A stretch of 23,128 bases of DNA from a virus: IMG/VR virus record IMGVR_UViG_3300029825_000002, positions 1 to 23,128 of that record; one strand, given 5' to 3'. This document shows, one piece after another, positions 16,597 through 23,128 of this stretch. The translations under genes were made by a program, and so were the position numbers. Within the stretch, counting starts at the first letter, position 1; each line of letters opens with the position of its first letter. The notes beneath the pieces were generated by a model. The model ran no database searches. It was not told the origin of the DNA and saw only the letters and a list, made by a program, of their open reading frames with translations.

Positions 16597-18302
16597 GAGT
16601 AGAACATCTTCAAAAAATGCTTAAAGAGACATTTATATATATTTACTTAGGGGAAAAATATGAAGCTCTAAGTGATGATTATTTTTCTTTAATTCAATCA
16701 GTTACTTATGAAGATACTGCATTGGGAAGTAATCTAGTCACTATAATTATTAATGACCCTGATTTTTTTATACTAGATAATATCAATTTATTCATAGAAG
16801 AACAACCTATAAAAGTAATTGGGGGTTATAAAGAAGATTTTAGAAGATTTAATTTTGAAGGTTATGTTTCATTAATAGATATAGATATCAGTACCAGTAA
16901 TGCTCCACAATTAACTATTACTTGTATGGATAAAACTCATGTAATGAATAGAGAAGAAAAAACAAGAGCCTGGAAGAATGTTCTGGAGAGTGATGTAGCT
17001 ATTCAAATATTCCATGAATATGGATTAATACCTTGTGTTGATAATACAGAAGATATACAGGATAATGTTTCACAGAGTAATCAAACAGATATAGCTTTTT
17101 TAACACAATTAGCACAAAACCAGGCAGATGATTATGTTTGTTATGTAGAAGGAAAATATGGGTATTTTAAAAAGAAAGATTTAACCCAGATACCCCAAAC
17201 AACTATTTATTATGGTATTAGATATTGTAATTTACTTAGTTTTTCACCTAGATTAAATAAAGAGAGTAAAAAAACTAAAGTAAGAAAATCAGACATAAAT
17301 TTAAAAACAGGTAAAATTGATGTTGGAATAATTACAGAACAAGTTCCTAGAACTATCTTGGGAAGACCTGTGTTATCTGTGGATAGTAAATTGGATAATG
17401 GAGAAAGAGTTTTAGCAGATATAACTGGAGCTGTGGATTCTGCATTATCTGGTGTATCAGGTATAATTAGTGGATTATCAGGACAAAAATTTGTTCCCGA
17501 AAATACAGATGAAGAAACACAGCAAGAATACAAAGATATGACTAATGCTTTAGGTCATTATATAAATAATTCGGGAAAAGATTATGGAGCAGAAAAACCT
17601 TATATAGCTGTATCTAAATATAGAAGAAATAATACAGGATTAGCATTACGAAAACAAAGTATAGTTAGAGCAAATGATAGTAAATCTGGAGGAACAAACA
17701 ATCAGTCACAAACACTAATAGAAGAAGCTTTGGACAGTGATACTTTTAAACGGAGACAAGCAGATATAGCTTATATGAAAGAAACAGAAACCGCAAGTGA
17801 TAATAATTCAGGAACACAAACAACTAGTAAAGCTAAATATACCTATTTAAAACATGAGCAGTATATACTTCAAGGGGATGCCACTATTATTCCTGACCCT
17901 AAATTTAGAGCTAGAGAAATGGTGCGATTTGAAAACTTAGGAGCAGTTTTAACAGGTAATTATTATGTAGATAAAATGCTATTAGAATGGGATTCCTCTA
18001 GTAATAGTTTTACTCAAACTATTACAGTAAGTAAAAATGGAGTAGGGGATAGTTTAAAAGTTGGTTTAGTTCCTCATGTTGCCCCTACTCCTGTTAAAAC
18101 AAATTCGGGAAAAGAACCTGTAGCAAAAACAGCTAGTGCAACTACTTATACTGTTACTGATTCAGACACACTTTGGGGACTAGCAGTAAAATTTTATGGT
18201 GATGGTAATAAATATCCTATCATATATGATGCTAATAAAAATATTATTGGTGGTAATCCAAATGTTATTGTTCCTGGTCAAGTTTTAACTATACCAAAAT
18301 AA
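16581..18302 (+). CDS. Baseplate hub (P2 gpD / gp27-like) with internal insertion and C-terminal LysM domain
   Basis: ITCMDKTHVM...RAW, Q.NQTDIAFL..LA and GAVLTGNYYVDK motifs. LysM YTVTDSDTLWGLAVKFYGDG.KY..IYDANK...NPNVIVPGQVLTIP at about 18144-18296. Overlaps the previous gene by 16 nt. Confidence 0.85.
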   Translation: MAEPVGVEHLQKMLKETFIYIYLGEKYEALSDDYFSLIQSVTYEDTALGSNLVTIIINDPDFFILDNINLFIEEQPIKVIGGYKEDFRRFNFEGYVSLIDIDISTSNAPQLTITCMDKTHVMNREEKTRAWKNVLESDVAIQIFHEYGLIPCVDNTEDIQDNVSQSNQTDIAFLTQLAQNQADDYVCYVEGKYGYFKKKDLTQIPQTTIYYGIRYCNLLSFSPRLNKESKKTKVRKSDINLKTGKIDVGIITEQVPRTILGRPVLSVDSKLDNGERVLADITGAVDSALSGVSGIISGLSGQKFVPENTDEETQQEYKDMTNALGHYINNSGKDYGAEKPYIAVSKYRRNNTGLALRKQSIVRANDSKSGGTNNQSQTLIEEALDSDTFKRRQADIAYMKETETASDNNSGTQTTSKAKYTYLKHEQYILQGDATIIPDPKFRAREMVRFENLGAVLTGNYYVDKMLLEWDSSSNSFTQTITVSKNGVGDSLKVGLVPHVAPTPVKTNSGKEPVAKTASATTYTVTDSDTLWGLAVKFYGDGNKYPIIYDANKNIIGGNPNVIVPGQVLTIPK

Positions 18303-18316
18303 GGGAGTAATTTAAT

Positions 18317-18682
18317 ATGAATAATGTGACTAAAACATATGGAAAGTATCGGGCAGTAGTAATGAATATAAATGACCCTGACCCTGATATGGGTAGAGTG
18401 CAGGTTAAATGTCCTGCACTTTGGGGAGATAGTTTAAGTGGTTGGTGTCCAATAGTATCTGCACCTGGTATAAAAGCTACTTTAAATGTTGGTGATATAG
18501 TCTGGATAGAATGTGAAGGTGGTGACCCTTCTCAACCTATAGTAAGTGGCATATGGTATAATAAATCAGGGGCATATATAGTTAGTATAACTAAAGGTAA
18601 TGTAAGTGTAACAGGAAGTATATATGCTTCTGGTTCTATTATAGATGAAGGTGGTAATACTAATCATCATTCACATGGTTAA
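18317..18682 (+). CDS. Short central spike protein (gp5/gpV OB-fold with C-terminal HxH tip)
   Basis: YGKYRAVV...DPD..GRVQVKCPAL, VGD.VWIECEGGDPSQPIVSG, and C-terminal NHHSHG. Confidence 0.85.
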   Translation: MNNVTKTYGKYRAVVMNINDPDPDMGRVQVKCPALWGDSLSGWCPIVSAPGIKATLNVGDIVWIECEGGDPSQPIVSGIWYNKSGAYIVSITKGNVSVTGSIYASGSIIDEGGNTNHHSHG

Positions 18683-18697
18683 GGAGGAATGATATAA

Positions 18698-19114
18698 ATG
18701 TCTAATAAATCTGTAATGGGAATAAGTTTTCCGCCACGATTAGGAACTAATGGTCAAGTAGTAATGACAGAAACAACTATAGTTAAACCAGACCATTTAG
18801 AAGAAGAAATGTATGTTTTCCTTCAAACAAAAATAAATGAAAGAGTAATAGAATTAAAAGAGGGGACAGATTCTTTATCTATTGTATTTGGAGAACTCAA
18901 TACTTCTTTAGTTACTTATATAAAATATATGCTTACTAAAGAATTGAGTGGAAGATTTGGAATAACAATAGATAAAAATCAAACGGTAGTTACAGAAGAG
19001 GAAGATGATAAAGGAAATAACACTTTTAAAGTAATGCTTTATTATTTCATAGATAATTTTAAAGGTCAAATGTTTTCTACAGCTTTTTCTTTAGCAAAAG
19101 GAGGTGCAATTTAA
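18698..19114 (+). CDS. Baseplate wedge / sheath initiator (gp25/gpW-like)
   Basis: GISFPPRL.. and L.T...ERV....G pattern; lies between spike and baseplate J. Confidence 0.75.
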   Translation: MSNKSVMGISFPPRLGTNGQVVMTETTIVKPDHLEEEMYVFLQTKINERVIELKEGTDSLSIVFGELNTSLVTYIKYMLTKELSGRFGITIDKNQTVVTEEEDDKGNNTFKVMLYYFIDNFKGQMFSTAFSLAKGGAI

Positions 19115-20533
19115 ATGACTAAAAGTATAGATTATAGTACCCTAGATTATGAAGGTTTTCGTGAAACTATGATTAATATTCTAAAACAAAAATTCCCGAA
19201 TTATGATACTAGTGAACAGGACCCGGGTATAACTATAATAGAAGGTTTGGCTTTTTGTTGTGATATTTTATCCTATTACTTAGACAGAACAGCTAATGAA
19301 AGTTTTTTATCAACAGCTACACAAAGAGAAAATGTTTTAAAAAAAGCTAATGAATTAGATTATACTCCAGTTGGTTCTACTTCAGCTAAATTCAAACAAA
19401 TATTTCAGATAGTACCCAGAAATGAGTCTTATGTAATAGCTCTAGGAACTAAAGTATTTGGTAATTCTTCATCAGGAACTAAAATAACTTATGAAGTTGC
19501 TGATAATATAGTTCTTCCTGCTAATGCTACAGGATTAGAAAAAAATGATGATGGAACTTACAAATATTTAGTTCCTATTATAGAAGGTGAAACAGTAAAA
19601 GAGGATGTTTTGGGGTCTTCAGATGGAACACCTTCACAAACATTTAAATGTAATTTTAGTCCTGTAGTTCAAGATTCTTTGATAGTTTATGTTAATAATG
19701 GACAGGGGTATGAGAAATGGACTAAAGTTAAAAATTTTGTAGATAGTGATTCAAACGCTAAAGTATATAGACAATATGAAAATGGAAATGGAGAAACAGT
19801 AATTGAATTTGGTACTGGTAATAGTGGATTAATACCTAGTAAAATAACTAATGGTATATTAACTTCTTATAGAGTTGGTGGTGGTTCAAGAGGAAATTTA
19901 ACAGCTAATCAAATAACAGGATTAGTAGATAATTCCGCAGACATTACAGCTACATTCAATCCAGAAGGACCTTATGAACTTGGTACAGATAGTGAAAGTT
20001 CTGAAAGTATTAAGTTTAATGCTCCTGCTAGTTTAAAAACAAATGGGGGAATAAGAGCAACTTGTTTAACTGACTATGAAGACTTAGCTTTATTACATGG
20101 TGATGTACTATTAGCAAAAGCTATAGAAGGAACAAATAGACACTCTGTTTACATTTATCTAGTTATGAAAAATGATGTATCAATAACAGATGATTTAATA
20201 AAAGAGTTTGTTAATTACTATGATGATAAAAAAGAAATTGGATATGATGTTTTTATTTGTTCTGCTATAAAACAAACAATAGATATTACTATTAGTGGTG
20301 GAGTTGCCACTGGAACAACTAAAGAGACTATTCAGAATTTAGTCAGAACAATTTTACAATCATATTTTAATTTAGGACAAATAAAAATTGGAACACAATT
20401 GTATAATTCAGATATTAGTCAGCAAATAGAAAGTGTAACAGGCTTATTTAATATAAAAATTTCTGATATACCACTTATCAATAATACTAATGTACCAATA
20501 CTAGGAACATTAAACTTAAATGAAATACAATAA
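19115..20533 (+). CDS. Baseplate J-like wedge protein
   Basis: IDYSTLDYEGFR, DPGITIIEGLA...DILSYYLDRTANESFL.TA, YRVGGG..GN and RAT..TDYEDLA. Confidence 0.92.
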   Translation: MTKSIDYSTLDYEGFRETMINILKQKFPNYDTSEQDPGITIIEGLAFCCDILSYYLDRTANESFLSTATQRENVLKKANELDYTPVGSTSAKFKQIFQIVPRNESYVIALGTKVFGNSSSGTKITYEVADNIVLPANATGLEKNDDGTYKYLVPIIEGETVKEDVLGSSDGTPSQTFKCNFSPVVQDSLIVYVNNGQGYEKWTKVKNFVDSDSNAKVYRQYENGNGETVIEFGTGNSGLIPSKITNGILTSYRVGGGSRGNLTANQITGLVDNSADITATFNPEGPYELGTDSESSESIKFNAPASLKTNGGIRATCLTDYEDLALLHGDVLLAKAIEGTNRHSVYIYLVMKNDVSITDDLIKEFVNYYDDKKEIGYDVFICSAIKQTIDITISGGVATGTTKETIQNLVRTILQSYFNLGQIKIGTQLYNSDISQQIESVTGLFNIKISDIPLINNTNVPILGTLNLNEIQ

Positions 20534-20547
20534 AAGGGGGAGTTAGG

Positions 20548-22077
20548 ATGGGAAAAATGAATATGGATGTTGGAGATTTTCTTTATAATAAACTCCCTGC
20601 TATTTATAGAATAAAGGATGCAGACCAGAATTTATTTCTTAAACAATTTTTAGATGTATTACAACAAGGGGGATTTAAATATTTATTAGATTCTATAAAT
20701 GGTATCTATGATTTAATGGATATTAATAAAATTTCTTCAAACTTTTTGGAAGTTAAAGCACAAGAATTAGGATATGATTATTCTATAGATTTACCTGATT
20801 GGTTTACTCAAAGGTTACTATCTAATATTGTAGCTATTTACAAAAGAAAAGGAACAAAAGCAGCAGTAAAATTTATAGCTAGAGAAATGACAGGATTTAA
20901 TGTAGATATATTAGAAATGCAGAATAGATTTTTTAGAACATGGAATAGTAATCCACATTTAGAATTACCTGATTATAATGGAGCAAGTAGAACTTTTAGT
21001 AACACTACTACAGATTCACACTATTTGGGTTATGGTGATAAATACAATTATAAAAATTATATTGTTACTTTATCTGCTCCCTATGAAACCTCCAATTTGG
21101 TAGAAAAAGAAGATGCAGTAAAAGGTTTATTAAACTATTTTAAATCTACACATAGTAATATTTATATAGTAACTAAATATTGGTTTCAAGATATTCTTAA
21201 TAATTTATCTACGGAAGATTTATATGTTAATTCAGCAATAAGAGACGAAAGTACAGAAATAAATAATTTAGTAAATAGTATTACTAGTATAAAAGATTTA
21301 GTTATTCCAGTACCTTATACTGAAGAAAGTCTAATGCAGATATTAGATGGAAAAGGCAATAGTTTAACCAATGACGCTAGATATTTATTAAACAGAAATT
21401 TTTATACTAATGGTGGTACTTTTAATAAGGATATTATATTTATTGGAAAACTTTTAGATACTTTAAATTTATCAACATTAGAAAAAGAACAACCTATTAA
21501 ATTATCAGAAATATACAAAGAAGATTTCACGCATTACTTTTCAGATAGTTTATTAAAAGTAACAGATAACAATTTTATTTTAAATAACAGTTTATTAAAT
21601 AGTAATGCTGTGTTGTTAGGTAAATATACTAAATTACCTAATACTGAAAAGATATTTTTGTTACATGAATTAGAAACTGCTGTACAAAGTTTTGGAGAAG
21701 AAAATGAAAGATTAATTTTAAAAACTAATACTGATATAGATACTAAATATACAAAATTAAATGAATTAGATAATATACAAACTATTTTAAAGGACTATTT
21801 ATCTAGTTCTTTGATTTTAAATGAGGGTAATTTAAATGATTCTTCTTCAAAAATATATAGCATGGGAGATACTAGAGAAGATAAATCTTCAGAAATATCT
21901 TTAAAAGATATGGTTAAGGACACAGAAAATGATATAATGAATATTAGGAGAAATAAGTATGATGAATGTCTAACTAATCATACTCAATATAAAACTAATG
22001 GTAGTTTTTATACTAACTGTAAAAATGGCTATGATATAATTACCTACCATGATACAGGAAAAACAATAGTTATATAA
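20548..22077 (+). CDS. Baseplate wedge protein with P2 gpI-like N-terminal domain and Asn-rich repetitive C-terminal extension
   Basis: LYNKLPAIYR..D, FL...AQELG and IYKRKGTKAAV motifs; follows baseplate J. Confidence 0.8.
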   Translation: MGKMNMDVGDFLYNKLPAIYRIKDADQNLFLKQFLDVLQQGGFKYLLDSINGIYDLMDINKISSNFLEVKAQELGYDYSIDLPDWFTQRLLSNIVAIYKRKGTKAAVKFIAREMTGFNVDILEMQNRFFRTWNSNPHLELPDYNGASRTFSNTTTDSHYLGYGDKYNYKNYIVTLSAPYETSNLVEKEDAVKGLLNYFKSTHSNIYIVTKYWFQDILNNLSTEDLYVNSAIRDESTEINNLVNSITSIKDLVIPVPYTEESLMQILDGKGNSLTNDARYLLNRNFYTNGGTFNKDIIFIGKLLDTLNLSTLEKEQPIKLSEIYKEDFTHYFSDSLLKVTDNNFILNNSLLNSNAVLLGKYTKLPNTEKIFLLHELETAVQSFGEENERLILKTNTDIDTKYTKLNELDNIQTILKDYLSSSLILNEGNLNDSSSKIYSMGDTREDKSSEISLKDMVKDTENDIMNIRRNKYDECLTNHTQYKTNGSFYTNCKNGYDIITYHDTGKTIVI

Positions 22078-22089
22078 GGGGGAAATAAA

Positions 22090-22698
22090 ATGTATACAGA
22101 TACAAAGCAATCTATTATTAATCCAGTGGACAATGCAATAATGAGTTTAATGGCAGAACAAGATTCACATAATCATCAAGCTTTTTCGGGAATGATAAGA
22201 GATATAATTACACACCATGATACTGGACAAGTTGAGGACACTGGATGGTCACATAATACTATAGTAAATTCTATAGATAACCTAATAGCTTGTCTACTTA
22301 AATCAGAAGCAGGTTACACAGGTATTAGTTATTGGGCAATTGGTTCTGGTAGTGATAGTTGGGATGATGTTAATCCACCTTCACCTAGTCAATCAGATGT
22401 AGCTTTAGTAAATGAAATTGGTAGACTAGCTATACCTTCAGGAGCTATAACTTATTTAGATGACAATGGAAATATAACAGCAACTAAAACAAATAAACTT
22501 CAGATAGACCTTACCTTTGGACAGAATGATTGTAATGGTAAATGGAGAGAGTTTGGAATAGTTGGGGGAAATGCAACAATTTCAGCTAATAGTGGAATAT
22601 TCATTAATCATAAAACTCATGGCTTAATAGTTAAAACAAGTACTATGAGTATAGAAAGAATAATGAGATTTACATTCTTATCTACTACACAAGCTTAA
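22090..22698 (+). CDS. Tail fibre attachment / collar-like baseplate protein
   Basis: HNTIVN, YWAIGSG, ALVNEIGR and GKWREFGI motifs are typical of myophage collar/fibre-base proteins. Confidence 0.7.
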   Translation: MYTDTKQSIINPVDNAIMSLMAEQDSHNHQAFSGMIRDIITHHDTGQVEDTGWSHNTIVNSIDNLIACLLKSEAGYTGISYWAIGSGSDSWDDVNPPSPSQSDVALVNEIGRLAIPSGAITYLDDNGNITATKTNKLQIDLTFGQNDCNGKWREFGIVGGNATISANSGIFINHKTHGLIVKTSTMSIERIMRFTFLSTTQA

Positions 22699-22717
22699 TT
22701 AGAAAGGAGTTAATAAA

Positions 22718-23128
22718 ATGAGTGATTTTTCACATAATAGTAATTATGCTAAACAAAATGCTTTTAGAAGTGTAAAATTCGGGGCAGATTCACAACTTTT
22801 AGAAACAGAATTAAATGAAATGCAAGATATACAAGCAGAAGCAAGAGCAGATATTGTAAGAGAAAGTATACCTAGTGGTTTTACAACTTTATCAGATTTA
22901 GATTATGCTTTTATGGCTACTAATCCTAATCAGATAAAAACACTTTCAGATAGTGTAGCTTTTGTTAATGGTTATAAAATAACGATACCATCAGGTACAG
23001 TAATTCAATTAGATGCTCCACCAACTTATGACCCTGTTGCTAAAACTGGAACACCTTCAAGGGATGATTTAGTATTCTTAGAGGTATGGTTACAAGAGGT
23101 TAAAAATGGTGACACAATATATTCTGGT
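22718..23128 (+). CDS. Tail fibre / receptor-binding-associated protein, N-terminal fragment (3'-truncated; absent from the ORF track)
   Basis: SD GAAAGGAG precedes ATG 22718 and the frame is open to the window end: MSDFSHNSNY...VKFGADSQLLETELNEMQDIQ...AFVNGY...RDDLVFLEVW. The ELNEMQ motif resembles DUF4815/DUF6519-type fibre N-termini. Confidence 0.75.
   Translation, partial: MSDFSHNSNYAKQNAFRSVKFGADSQLLETELNEMQDIQAEARADIVRESIPSGFTTLSDLDYAFMATNPNQIKTLSDSVAFVNGYKITIPSGTVIQLDAPPTYDPVAKTGTPSRDDLVFLEVWLQEVKNGDTIYSG

Larger units (their letters stand above)
1..23128 (+). mobile_element. Structural (late) gene module of a contractile-tailed phage/prophage; extends beyond both window edges
   Basis: Continuous + strand run of terminase, portal, scaffold, capsid, neck, sheath, tube, chaperone, tape measure, baseplate and fibre genes with very short spacers. 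No host genes, integrase or att sites are visible, so free phage versus prophage cannot be decided. Confidence 0.96.

Noticed and set aside
16416-17533. Minus-strand ORFs at 16416-16613 and 17210-17533
   Set aside because: Antisense to the LysM and hub genes, with no supporting motifs.
22090-22160. Possible fourth leader in the collar protein (NAIMSLMA|EQD)
   Set aside because: Not basic, contains acidic residues and has no A-x-A; similarity is too weak.
6799-23128. Headless tailocin or eCIS
   Set aside because: Terminase, portal, scaffold and capsid genes are present and apparently intact in the same operon.
1-23128. Alternative genetic code, tRNA/ncRNA genes, DGR or invertase cassette
   Set aside because: Standard-code ORFs tile the window at expected sizes, intergenic gaps are under about 100 nt, and no reverse transcriptase, recombinase or cloverleaf was seen.

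Overview
This low-GC window is one co-oriented (+ strand) virion morphogenesis operon of a contractile-tailed (myovirus-type) phage or prophage. The host is most likely a Bacillota, possibly Clostridium-like, given the strong GGAGG Shine-Dalgarno sites, LysM domains and tail-associated lytic transglycosylase. The head region runs: 3' end of a large terminase interrupted by a LAGLIDADG intein, portal, coiled-coil scaffold, N4-gp56-like major capsid protein, putative decoration protein, then head-completion/neck proteins. The tail region runs: tail terminator, sheath, tube, tail assembly chaperone with a -1 frameshift extension, 1780-aa tape measure with a C-terminal SLT domain, tube initiator, LysM/X protein, hub with LysM, short spike, gp25, baseplate J, P2-I-like wedge, collar protein and the start of a tail fibre. 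The most striking unexplained signal is a basic N-terminal leader ending in an A-x-A motif shared by three major structural proteins: FFITAYA|D in scaffold and capsid, HIIIPASA|M in the tube. No prohead protease gene lies in the head module, which suggests an unusual leader-processing route for assembly. Other notable points are an apparently complete absence of GATC, an eCIS-like tail gene set, a peptide/DNA duplication shared by two adjacent baseplate genes, and a broken start region in a neck gene. All family assignments come from motif recognition by eye and gene order, not database searches.
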